In this document: positions 1-10,149 of the stretch, piece after piece
Numbering within the stretch: position 1 is the stretch's first letter
Layout of the letters: each line of letters begins with the position of its first letter
DNA from: Trichomonas gallinae
Taxonomy: Eukaryota
Direction of reading: 5' to 3'
DNA: 49,111 nt
NCBI GenBank assembly: GCA_008369845.1
Contig: MRSU01007902.1
Coordinates: 1 to 49,111 of the forward strand
The notes under the pieces: model-generated
Databases searched by the model: none
Told to the model about the DNA's origin: nothing
What the model saw: only the letters and a program-made list of their open reading frames with translations
Position numbers and translations under genes: made by a program

Positions 1-122
1 ACGATTGGGTCAACTTCAGCAGCAACAGCTGGGCGTGTGAAGGAGACGCGTGGGATGCCTCTCCATGATGGCTTGTGGTTGTTCTTCTTGGCGATTGGGG
101 CAATGAAGAGAAGCTCAGACAT
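1..122 (-). CDS. Partial 5' end of a highly expressed gene, probably a ribosomal protein (runs off the window)
   Basis: Minus strand from ATG at 122 reads MSELLFIAPIAKKNNHKPSWRGIPRVSFTRPAVAAEVDPI... with no stop. Strong optimal-codon bias (AAG, AAC, CCA, ATC, TTC), a basic N-terminus, and an M3+M5 promoter directly upstream. The specific protein cannot be named from 40 codons. Confidence 0.65.
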   Translation of the reverse strand, partial: MSELLFIAPIAKKNNHKPSWRGIPRVSFTRPAVAAEVDPI

Positions 123-125
123 TCG

Positions 126-145
126 AAAGGCCACACCTAACCGCA
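126..145 (-). promoter_or_regulatory. Trichomonas M3 (Myb-like) + M5 core promoter
   Basis: Minus strand reads TGCGGTTA (145-138), matching the M3 consensus [AGT][AG]C[GC]G[TC]T[TAG], then CCTTT (130-126, M5) 3 nt before the ATG. M5 is known to replace the Inr in ribosomal-protein genes. Confidence 0.75.
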
Positions 146-896
146 AAATTCCCACAAAATTGGACGATACAATTTTGTAAAGTTTATCAAATTCGTGCCT
201 TATTTTATTCGTTTTTATGCTTCTATATCATATTTCATATCTATATTTTAAATTTTAATGATTTTTGACAAAGATTTATTTTTTCGAATGAAAATCTTTT
301 ACATTATTCATCTTTTATGTATGATTTTAGATTTATTTTTATGGAGTTATTATGAATATCACACTTATAACTCTGTATCTTGTTAAGATATCGAAAAATA
401 TAATTTTTCTCTTTTTATTAAAAATTATTAACATAACATAAAATTTTCGTTTAAACTGAATCTAACCTCAAAATTATAAAAGATAAATTTACTATTTTCA
501 TTTTTTTCACGATATATCTCAAGAACTAAATCGGAAACATATCATTTCTTTTTGCTACCATTATTTAAATTTTCATTCTAATTTATTGTACAAATTATAG
601 AAAGTTAACATTGAATAGGAACCATATTTCATCAATCAAAAAAAGCTATATTGATTAATTCTGATTTTAAAAAGTATCAAAATATGCTCAATATAATTAG
701 AAGCATTATATATTAATAATATAATAAATTCGAAAAAATGTAAGGAGAACCTGTGATGAACTTTCCTTTACATATTGTTTTGCTATTATCGTTTACAAAA
801 TGTTGAGCAAATGATTTTTGTTGTAAATCAGGTGTTGGTTGTTTTCGATTTGAGAAAGTTCTGAAAAAATTTTACAACAAAACTCAAAAATTAAAA

Positions 897-2384
897 ATGT
901 TGTTATTTCTTGTTATTTCGCATGCTTTTGCCGGCCAGTATACAGCAAGTCTCGGTTATAACGAGGTTAGTGTAGCTAAAGGTGATAAAATGACGATCAC
1001 AGGCAAAATCGGATCATTCTTATATGATTATTACATAGTTTTTCATAATCCGGACTATTTCTCAGCATCAGGAGCTGATAGTCTTGCTACGATATACAAA
1101 AACAAAGAGAAAATCGAAATTTCTACGATAGATCAAACAACATTTGTCAAATTCCATCTAATTCAAGTAGTGAAAGAAGAATGCGATAATACACAGTTTG
1201 TCCTTAATTACCACCCTGAACCAATCTATCCTAACTTATCGATTGCATCAGTCCAGCCGAATTACAAATATTGCTGGTATTTACTTAGCTCTTTAAGTGT
1301 AACATACAATTTATATGCACATCAAGTAAGATCTAACGAAATTTTGAATTATACAAACAATGGAACTTATTTCGCAGTTTCAGACAGAATGTACGTTTCA
1401 AATGGGAATGACAAGCAGGTGCATGTAATACTGTATACAAATGAAAGTAGTTCTGCAACATTTGGAATTAATTATATTATGGTATACTCGAAGATAGACG
1501 AACAGAGATTAGCACACGGCCCTTTCCATTATGGAGAGATTGATGAGAAGACTATTATTACATTTATTCATTCTAAAAATGGAATTGAAGCGAAACGCGT
1601 TTCTTTGAGTTATAACACAGAACTTACACCTGGTATTCATGACCTTGAGATTGTACCAGAGTCAAGGACATTTACAGTACCTAAAAATTCATTCGTTATT
1701 ATGTCGCAGACATTTCAATCGAGATACACAGGCTATATTGAAAATGGAAAAGATGATATACAGATTTTCTCAGGTATATTTAAAGGCCGTGTCATCAGAT
1801 TTGCAAGAAAAGCTAAAATGATTATAAAATCTGATAATTATCCATTACTTCGTGTTACAGTATTCGATACATCGAAGCATCCATTCTGCAAATTCCATGT
1901 TGGCGATATTGGCATATCTTCAATGTTCTTTGCGAATTCAATTCCACCAGGAAACCTTACAGCAACTGATGCAGCTTCATTCTGCTTGTTCTATCCATAC
2001 CCATATCAAGATCTTGACGCCGAATTCGTCAAAATCGGTGATAGATTCAGATATGTTTTATACGATATTCATGGCCTAAAAACATCAGATGCAATGCAGC
2101 CAGTAATGTTGTATCTCACAAACGGAAAATTCAAGAATAAGACATTCCAATTTGGTGTTAAATATAAATTCTATAATTATGATAACTACGCAAATGGCCT
2201 TGTTAGCACAACATTGAACCCATATTTGATTATTGTGGGTACATATATCGAATATGTTTGGATAATTGTTGGAGTAATTTGCGGACTACTTTTAATCTCA
2301 ATTGTTAGCTACTTAATCTGGAGAAGAAAGAAGAAGACAGCAGGATACTCTGAAATCTCAGAGGCAGAACCAATGAGTTTGTAA
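897..2384 (+). CDS. Type I single-pass membrane protein, hypothetical (495 aa)
   Basis: Short signal peptide MLLFLVISHAFA, large ectodomain, TM helix VWIIVGVICGLLLISIVSYLIW, basic stop-transfer RRKKK, and a short tail containing GYSEI. Confidence 0.85.
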   Translation: MLLFLVISHAFAGQYTASLGYNEVSVAKGDKMTITGKIGSFLYDYYIVFHNPDYFSASGADSLATIYKNKEKIEISTIDQTTFVKFHLIQVVKEECDNTQFVLNYHPEPIYPNLSIASVQPNYKYCWYLLSSLSVTYNLYAHQVRSNEILNYTNNGTYFAVSDRMYVSNGNDKQVHVILYTNESSSATFGINYIMVYSKIDEQRLAHGPFHYGEIDEKTIITFIHSKNGIEAKRVSLSYNTELTPGIHDLEIVPESRTFTVPKNSFVIMSQTFQSRYTGYIENGKDDIQIFSGIFKGRVIRFARKAKMIIKSDNYPLLRVTVFDTSKHPFCKFHVGDIGISSMFFANSIPPGNLTATDAASFCLFYPYPYQDLDAEFVKIGDRFRYVLYDIHGLKTSDAMQPVMLYLTNGKFKNKTFQFGVKYKFYNYDNYANGLVSTTLNPYLIIVGTYIEYVWIIVGVICGLLLISIVSYLIWRRKKKTAGYSEISEAEPMSL

Positions 2385-2775
2385 TAACTTTTTTTATGAA
2401 TAAATATCTTTTTAAAAAACATGAAAATATTAATACTCTGCTAATAAGCTTGAATAATCCACAAACCTGAAAATTCCGTGAACGAATATTAATCTTTGAA
2501 AAATTTTGTTTTGCTTTCTATATATTTGTTGTTGTATCTGCCTTAATTAGCTATTATCTATGCTGATTTGGTGGTCGCTGAGTTGATTGGTCATCAATTA
2601 AATTTCGATAATTTTTTTTTTTGGTTCTGTGGGTTAAAAAGTCACACCTGGCCATGTCTAACTACAGTTAAAACATGGCAAGGTGAATGAAAAGTTATTC
2701 CATAAATCTAATATTTATTTCCACTAAAAATACATGAATATACTAAAAAACTCTCTATACTAAAACTTAAAAACC

Positions 2776-3594
2776 TTAGCAGTTAGTCCTCTCTTCAATC
2801 TCGTTAGGATTCTTAAAGATATGAACAATATTTCTAAGACCTAACAATGTATTATCATCGAATTCTTTTGCGTCAAGCTTACCACCGCTCTTTGTGATGT
2901 CGCAATAAGCATGAGCGAAATCAATTAAAGCAACGCGCATTGGCGTATTGTGATTGTCAGAATCATAAACAACTAAAAGAGAAGCACTGTATAGTCTACT
3001 TCCTGGATACATTTCTTTAGCAATTGTTAACTTTTCAATGACATTCTCGACCTTCTCGATAAATTCTGCCCTTCTGCTTGATGGAATGAATTTGTTCATT
3101 GTCTCCATGAAGGAAATAAGAGAAGCCTTTTTGCCAAAATTGCGGTCCCAGCGCTTCTCGATCTTACCTTCCTTACGGATTGAAACATCGATAAGGCGGA
3201 CAGCATATTTTGGAGTTGTCGAACGTGCCATGTTCTGTAACTGTTTCAGTCTCTTGCTTTCTGGTACACCAATCTCGAATGATCGCGTTCCAAGTTTGAG
3301 ATCGGCGATACACGGGCTTGACATACCAGAAGTCAAATCTTCAATGAGAAGATACTCACTACCATTGTATAATGTCTTACCACAGTACTTTGGGAGGCAC
3401 TCCACGAGTGGAGTCTTAGACATAACACGATAAAAATGATTCTCATGCTTGAATAATGGCTTAGCAACACAATCAATACCAAGGTTACTGTTTTTGGCAG
3501 CCAGAAGCTGACCATGTCCGCCACCTTGGGTGTTCAAAGTCATAATGTCTTCTTGATTAGTACTACAACACACGCGAGCTTTGTCACTCATCAT
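2776..3594 (-). CDS. Inositol polyphosphate kinase (IPK/IPMK/IP6K family)
   Basis: QGGGH N-terminal motif, PCIADLKLG (PxxxDxKxG signature), SASLL and IDFAH motifs in the expected order. Confidence 0.92.
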   Translation of the reverse strand: MMSDKARVCCSTNQEDIMTLNTQGGGHGQLLAAKNSNLGIDCVAKPLFKHENHFYRVMSKTPLVECLPKYCGKTLYNGSEYLLIEDLTSGMSSPCIADLKLGTRSFEIGVPESKRLKQLQNMARSTTPKYAVRLIDVSIRKEGKIEKRWDRNFGKKASLISFMETMNKFIPSSRRAEFIEKVENVIEKLTIAKEMYPGSRLYSASLLVVYDSDNHNTPMRVALIDFAHAYCDITKSGGKLDAKEFDDNTLLGLRNIVHIFKNPNEIEERTNC

Positions 3595-3599
3595 TATAA

Positions 3600-3604
3600 A
3601 ATGA
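3600..3604 (-). promoter_or_regulatory. Initiator (Inr) of the IPK gene
   Basis: TCATT on the minus strand, 5 nt upstream of the ATG at 3594. Confidence 0.6.
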
Positions 3605-3957
3605 GACTTTTCATGAAGTCTATCGTTCTAGACAAAATCCGATAATTTTGTTAGTAACACCGAGTAGATCAGTTTAATCATCTAAAAAAGAACGTTGATT
3701 AAATAATATTGAATGTAACGATTTCAATGGATTCAATTAACGTATTCAAAAATCACGATGAAAATTTTGAAGATTTTAATTTGTCGATATATTCTGATAT
3801 TAAAATAACGAGTGTTTTCGTTGAAAATATAATGCTCACAAAAGTTAAAAATGGCTGAATTCGATAAATCTATTAATAATATATAGTCAGGGAAAAAATT
3901 GATAAGTTGAACAAATTTTTAGTCAATTTTTTTCCCCTGCGAATATAGAAATAATTA

Positions 3958-4883
3958 ATGATTCTGGTGATCATATTACGATTTATAAAATTTAATCGTT
4001 CTATGAGAAGCATCAAAAATGGATTGTAAATATTTCAAATGATTGAAAACATAAATGGTTCATATATTTTGGAACATTACAGTCATAGCCGAAATTATTT
4101 TTCAGTTTGGTCTGTTACGCACACAAAACTTCATCGTTCATATTATGAAGTTCAATACTTTATTAGAAAAATCCAAAATATCGATTGAATCTGTACACAC
4201 TTATGTTTTGACTCGATAAATAGCTTATATGGCTGCTATAGAATATGTACGTCTAAAATTTCGAGATTTTGAAAGAAAGACCATCTTGCCAACTTAATGG
4301 GAGATATGTATCGAAATCCATCTGTCTAATCTTTGGGGAAATGCTACACTCGCTGTATCGATATTTATATTTCGATGAGACAACATAAGTATTCAAAAAC
4401 TTATTTTTGGTTCTCGCGAATAAGAGAAAGAATAAGTTTAAACACGCCAACTTTATCCATTAGCTGTAATGAATGGGAATACACAATATGAGTATGATTA
4501 TTTCGTAAAATCCGCTGATTTTTTGCAATGACGAGAATATTTCAAGAACCAATATAGCTTTTGACAATGTTTTTGTACTTTATATTACTAATTATATCAT
4601 GTTTAATCCTTTAATACTATCCATAAATCAATAATACATATTATTGTGGACAAATACCACAAAATATTATGTGGAAACGAATTATGAATGCTTGCTGATA
4701 AGAAATAGAGGAGTTTTTATATAGCAAAACTATGGTGAGTATTTAGAAGAGCTATGGTGGGTTCGTGAATATGACAATTTTGATTCATTTCAAATTTTAT
4801 CCTCAAAATTGCGAATTAATTGTTATCTCATGCTGAGCAGTCAGGATATTGATACATGGCTTCTGACTCAATGTGAAAAATAG
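3958..4883 (+). pseudogene. Possible decayed gene remnant
   Basis: Starts MILVIILRFIKFNRSM* and later contains protein-like fragments such as QNYGEYLEELWWVREYDNFDSF, with many stops and shifts. Family not recognised. Confidence 0.25.
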
Positions 4884-5657
4884 AAAAAAATTACTTACAT
4901 CTTTTAGAGTTTTTTCAAGATTTATTATTCAACTTACATTTTTAACATAAAATAAATTAGCTGTTTTGGAGTATTTTGGGCCGAAAATAGATTAACCATA
5001 ATCTCAAATGCATATTTATAATATATAATTTTGAATTTTCATTACAATGCATCAATAAAGGATTTAAAGTGTTTGAATCGCATGCTTATATATAGAGTAA
5101 TGAAATGTGATAATACGAAAAGTACAAATTTCATTTTTGAAGGTCAAATAATCAAACATGAAAGCAAAAATTACTAAGAGAGAACTTATGTACTTAAATA
5201 CGAATTAATGTAGTAATCATGCTTCAAATTTCATAGAACTTGAGGCCATCGAACTCAAGCAAATCCGCAATTCTGGTGTAATTCTCGTAAAATCATGAAC
5301 ACTGGTTTACTAGCATGTAAAATATCTAAGAACAAAATATTAATGATATAATCAGCTGATTCGAAGCTGAATTCAATTCTCAAAATTTGCGAAAAAATAT
5401 CAGAAGAAACAAACTTATATCGTAATTGAAAATGCCTTAATTTATTCAATACTATTAGAATAGCTCATAAAAATACCACATTGCGCATAACAATTCAATT
5501 TCAAAATCAAAATTTTGGATTTGATAGAGAAATTATACTGCAGTTCGTCGATGTAAGTCAAGATTATCACATAGCAATGCATAAATCTCTACGATGATAT
5601 TTTTTTTTATGGCATTTTCATCGTTTTGCAAATTTTGAAAGACTTCATTTGATAATT

Positions 5658-5905
5658 TTGAGAAGTTTACAATTCCCTTTTATATCGACTCCACGACATT
5701 CATTAACAGATGTTCAAAATTCAATTTTGCAAAATTTTAGAGGGACCATACCTATTGAATTTATTGATAGTGCCATCAATTTTGTGATGATAAAACATTG
5801 ATAAGTTTACATTTCCCTGTAATAATATATAGTAATATTTCCAGATAAAACATTTAAAAATCAAGTTCTCCAAAAAGTTAGGGGGAATGACCTATTTAAA
5901 TTTTT
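5658..5905. repeat. Degenerate ~140-bp tandem duplication upstream of the aminotransferase
   Basis: TTGAGAAGTTTACAATTCCCT (5658) vs TTGATAAGTTTACATTTCCCT (5798), offset 140. TTAGAGGGACCATACCTATTGAAT (5737) vs TTAGGGGGAATGACCTATTTAAAT (5878), offset 141. Confidence 0.6.
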
Positions 5906-6100
5906 ATTATAAAAATTGAGAAGAACCCTACGGTTTTAATCAAAAATGAATCAATTCAAAATGTAGGGAACAGCTTATTATCATGCGTAGATCACTTTAG
6001 CTTGGAAAATTTGAACTCGAAAAAATCATAAATATATTCTCCATATATTGCTGAATACTTTAGCCAAATTTTAAAAATCGGAAAAAATTGAGAACTCACC

Positions 6101-6105
6101 TCACT
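6101..6105 (+). promoter_or_regulatory. Initiator (Inr) of the aminotransferase gene
   Basis: TCACT 8 nt upstream of the ATG at 6114. Confidence 0.7.
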
Positions 6106-6113
6106 TTTAGCAA

Positions 6114-7316
6114 ATGCTCTCTCCTTACATGTTGAAGTGCTCCAGCGGTGGCTCAGCTATCCGCAGAATGGACAACCTTGCCCAGCAGCTCGCCAAGGAG
6201 CATGGCGCAGAGAAGATCCACAACTTCACAATCGGAAATCCAAGGGTTCCACCACCAAAGGCCTACACAGAAGCCCTCAGAGAAATCGCTAATGAGGAGC
6301 TCCCACTCTGCCACGGCTACTCCTCAACACAGGGTGACGAGAAGCCACGTGAAGTCTTGGCAAACTTATTCTCCGAGATTCAGGGTGTTAAGATCAACCC
6401 AGACTGCATTGTTCTCTCATCTGGCTGCGCAGGTGCCATCAACGTTGCTCTCAGAACAATCCTCAACGTTGGAGACGAGGTTATCCTTGTTGCTCCATAC
6501 TTCCTTGAGTATCCATTCTATATTGAGAACTGGCATGCCACATGCACAGTCCTCGACACAACATTCGAGCAGGGCTGGCAGATCGACCCAACAAAGCTCG
6601 AAAATGTTATCACACCATTAACACGCGCCATTATCATCAACTCCCCACACAACCCAACTGGCACACTCCTCTCCCAGGACACTGTCAACAAGATGTGCGA
6701 AGTTCTCGACCGCAAGTCTAAGGAATTCGGCCGCCCAATCTATGTCATTTCTGATGATGTTTATTGCCGTGTTATCGCACCAGGCACAAAGCAACACCAG
6801 ATCTTCAACGTTTATCCATACTCTATCGTTGCTTATTCTCTTTCCAAGGATCTTTCCATCCCAGGTGAACGTATTGGCTGCATCATCGTCAACCCACTCC
6901 TCCACAACTACAAGCTTCTCGTTCACTCACTCGCCCACGCTAACGAGATTATGGGATTCGTCCATGCAAACCGTCTCCACATGAGAATCATCCCAAAGGT
7001 CATCCCAGCCACATCAGACATCAACCTTTACAACGAATCTCGCGATATGATCTGCAAGGCCTTCGATGAGGTCGGAATTAAGTATGTTAAGCCAGAAGGT
7101 GCTTTCTACATCTTCCCGAAGATCCCAGAGGGCATCGACGAGTGGGCTTTCTGCGAAACACTCGCTAAGAACTTCATCATCGTCGTTCCAGGCTCTGCAT
7201 TCGCTAAGGAGGGCTTCTTCCGCCTCTCATTCTGCAAGCCACCAAGAGATATCGAGGTTGCCATCCCAGTCCTTAAGAAGGCCATCCAGGAGGCTCTTAA
7301 ACTCAAGAAGGCTTAA
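6114..7316 (+). CDS. PLP-dependent aminotransferase class I/II, bacterial-type aspartate aminotransferase
   Basis: IGNP, NSPHNPTG, SDDVY, PLP-lysine motif SLSKDLSIPGERIG, PEGAFY, VPGSAF and FRLSFC. Highly biased codon usage; the stop codon TAA is part of a TAAA signal. Confidence 0.93.
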   Translation: MLSPYMLKCSSGGSAIRRMDNLAQQLAKEHGAEKIHNFTIGNPRVPPPKAYTEALREIANEELPLCHGYSSTQGDEKPREVLANLFSEIQGVKINPDCIVLSSGCAGAINVALRTILNVGDEVILVAPYFLEYPFYIENWHATCTVLDTTFEQGWQIDPTKLENVITPLTRAIIINSPHNPTGTLLSQDTVNKMCEVLDRKSKEFGRPIYVISDDVYCRVIAPGTKQHQIFNVYPYSIVAYSLSKDLSIPGERIGCIIVNPLLHNYKLLVHSLAHANEIMGFVHANRLHMRIIPKVIPATSDINLYNESRDMICKAFDEVGIKYVKPEGAFYIFPKIPEGIDEWAFCETLAKNFIIVVPGSAFAKEGFFRLSFCKPPRDIEVAIPVLKKAIQEALKLKKA

Positions 7317-7549
7317 AATTCAAGGAGGAATTATTTTCCTTATTTGATTGACGCCAATTTATATCTAGTCCTATAGCAAAGAATACTACATTGAACTAAA
7401 GTATTTTGATTATAAGCAAGTTATCCTCTAATTTTTGATTTTTTTTTTTCGTCAAGAAATTTTCATTTTGGGAGCCACATTCATCAAAAGCTCTCAATCC
7501 ATACAAAACATAAAATATTTGTTAAATTAAGTGTTAATTTTAATGGTTC

Positions 7550-9020
7550 TGCTGATAATTTATTCATGATTTTATTTAATCGCTTTGAACCAAGCCTGGA
7601 GCTTTTCATCCATATATTTTCGTGACAAAATAGGGTATTTAACAGCAAATACAAGTTTAAGTTTAAGAATTATCACTCATGAAAAATATATCAAATTCTC
7701 AATCAAAATTAGATGTATGACTAGAGCAGATTCACCACATCTATCATTAATAACAAATGAAATGATTGTATTTACATTTGCACGATATCCAACTTTATCA
7801 ATTTTCATCATCTGCATAATTTGACTGCAGAGAATCATATGAAGCACAATTAGCAGCCACTAATGGGGATTTAAACAGGTCAAAACTATCCCTAAAATTT
7901 TAGGAATCATTCACAAATATTAGCTATAGTTTCATTTCCGTTAGATATATCTTTAGTATATTCATTGAATAACATTTTATCAATTATAGCACCTTGTTGT
8001 CCTATATTGATTTCATATTTGAACAGATTTTTAGGAAGTCTATTATAGCAGCTTTTGTTCATTCTCACATAGATTCAATGATTCATTGTTTAAACAAAAT
8101 CATTGACTTCTTTCCAGGAACTGCAAGGAGAAGCTTGATACCATCATGTGTATCAGAAAATGAAGCAAAAATCAAAGCTGTCATGCTATTATTGTCTTTT
8201 GGACTGACATCTATTTCATGAGCTGTAAGGATGAGTTTAACATCATCATGAAGTCGCATGATTACACAAAGATCAGCCATATCCAAAGGAACTTAGTTTT
8301 TTTTTTTGTATTCAGGCTTCTTTTTAAGAGAAGAATAATTTGGTGAGGGTTCGAAAAACATGGCAAAATTCATTGCATCGTCATTGTCTTCAAAATATGG
8401 AAGATAAAAATCTGAAAATAATTCAGCATCAAGTTTCAATAAATATAGATAATGCCTATCGTATGAAATGAGTTCTACGAACAAGTCTGCAATGTTTGCA
8501 ATTTTTGTTTTATTGAAATTATTATGCATTAAAATCTCTCGAAAAAGTCAAAAGCAGAACAAATTGTTTTGAGATTTTTTAACGTAATTTCACGAAAAAG
8601 TTTTGCTGTGAATTTTATTACTTTGTTCATTATCTCATTATTTTTTTTTTTTTTGAATTCCTTTATAATCATCATATATTTCAACAAAAGTATCAACACT
8701 AATTTCTCGATCATCATATATGGTTCGATTAATTTTGGGCATTTAATTTTTTTCTCTACAATAAAATGATTCCTTGCAATATCATCATCAATTTCACCCG
8801 GATATTTTCATTTGCTAAAAAAGATTCTAATAATATCACAAGTTGCTTCTTCGTGATCAGAGTTTTCGATCAGGTTTTTTTTTTTGAATTTCAAATAATT
8901 TCCAATATCGCCGCGCAGTTTTATTTCATACTGATTAATAAGGAAATAAATATTTTCAGAACACTAATTGTTATTAATTATATTAATGATATACTGGGAG
9001 TCAATGTATTTGGGTGACAT
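7550..9020 (-). pseudogene. Disrupted ankyrin-repeat gene
   Basis: From ATG at 9020: MSPKYIDSQYIINIINNN*CSENIY...IIRIFFSK*KYPGE..., with further shifts at long A runs, leading into ankyrin fragments (DVSPKDNNSMTALIFASFSDTHDGIKLLLAVPG). Has both in-frame stops and frameshifts; the 3' boundary is approximate. Confidence 0.6.
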
Positions 9021-9136
9021 TTAATTAACTTTCCATATGAAAGAGGAAAACAAATCCTTAATGATCTCTGAAATTGTTGTATCATTTTATCTACCGAATA
9101 AAATTTATTTTATTTGTGGTTTCCAAAAATAATTGA

Positions 9137-10099
9137 ATATTATTTTTCCAAATTCATTTTGATTATACTCCTACAGATATTTGGAACAAATATTATAATA
9201 AGTTATTATCTAATGATCCAATCACAGAGAATAATCCAAATATACAAATATCGAATGCCGAATTTTTTATTTTTTTAAGTAAATTCGAAGATACCACTCA
9301 AAGTGTTAATATAACTTCAAATGATATAGATATATTGCATAGTGAGTGCATCTTTTCCAATAATTTTCAGCCAATTCAATTATCAGGTAATAATTCCATT
9401 GTACAGCATCGTTTTTGTTCAATAAATTCATCAATTTTAGGTGAAGGACAACATTCATCGTGCATATTAGTCGATAAGTCATCAAGAAAAAATTTTATTG
9501 ACGAGAGTTCTTTGTCGATTTGCGGTCAAATGCAGAGAAGTTTTGATCAGATTACTCATCAATTATATGGTATTTGTCGCTATATATATACAAATTCAAG
9601 TCATAACAAGGCATATTATGGCTCAGCTTATCATATTCATTATGCGTCTAAAGATATAAATATTAGTTTCTCATATTTCAAAGGAAACAAAGGATATGAT
9701 TGGTGTCTGTTAAATGCTTTATCCGACGTAAATTCGTTTTATATAAGATATTCTAATGTAATTGACAATAATGTATCATTGAAATTGATTTCTGGATTTT
9801 GCGCCACAAATATTGAAAATTGCAATATTTTCGGAAATGTCTGCAGATGGATTTTTAGCCAAGAAAATTCTCATATTTATCATGGATCCATCAATAACTG
9901 TTTCATTGATGAATTCAATTATTACGGATCGGTATATCCAATTGAAACTACTCGTAATAAAATTGAATTTGTAAAATATAATGATGTGATAAAATGCCAA
10001 AAAAATGCTAAAAATAATTCGAATGACATTCATATTTTATTTTGTTTTAGGCTGATATTACATTCATTTTCTGAATTTTGTGTTTTTCATTTTTTATGA
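9137..10099 (+). pseudogene. Asn/Cys-rich trichomonad hypothetical-family ORF (beta-helix-like repeats) lacking an in-frame ATG at its 5' end
   Basis: The frame of ORF 9335-10099 stays open upstream to 9137 (ILFFQIHFDYTPTDIWNKYY...), directly after a TGA at 9134-9136. Repeated IxNCxF-type units (IENCNIFGN, INNCFID) and a hydrophobic C-terminus. Confidence 0.5.
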
Positions 10100-10149
10100 A
10101 ATACATGTCGCAATAAAAAAACATCATAGCAATTCAAAATAAATTTTTT

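Noticed and set aside
2642..2660. CACACCTGGC as the 5' end of U1 snRNA
   Set aside because: It lacks ACTTACCTG, and no U1 stem-loops or appropriately placed Sm site follow.
6114..6170. MLS... N-terminus as a hydrogenosomal targeting presequence
   Set aside because: The segment lines up with the ordinary N-terminus of bacterial homologues (Mxx...SxIRxM), so it is not an extension, and there is no clear cleavage motif.
6148..7347. Overlapping alternative-frame and antisense ORFs inside the aminotransferase (likewise inside Piezo, ankyrin-RING, SMC6, Rod and eIF4G)
   Set aside because: These are shadows of biased codon usage in real genes; the translations carry no recognisable motifs.
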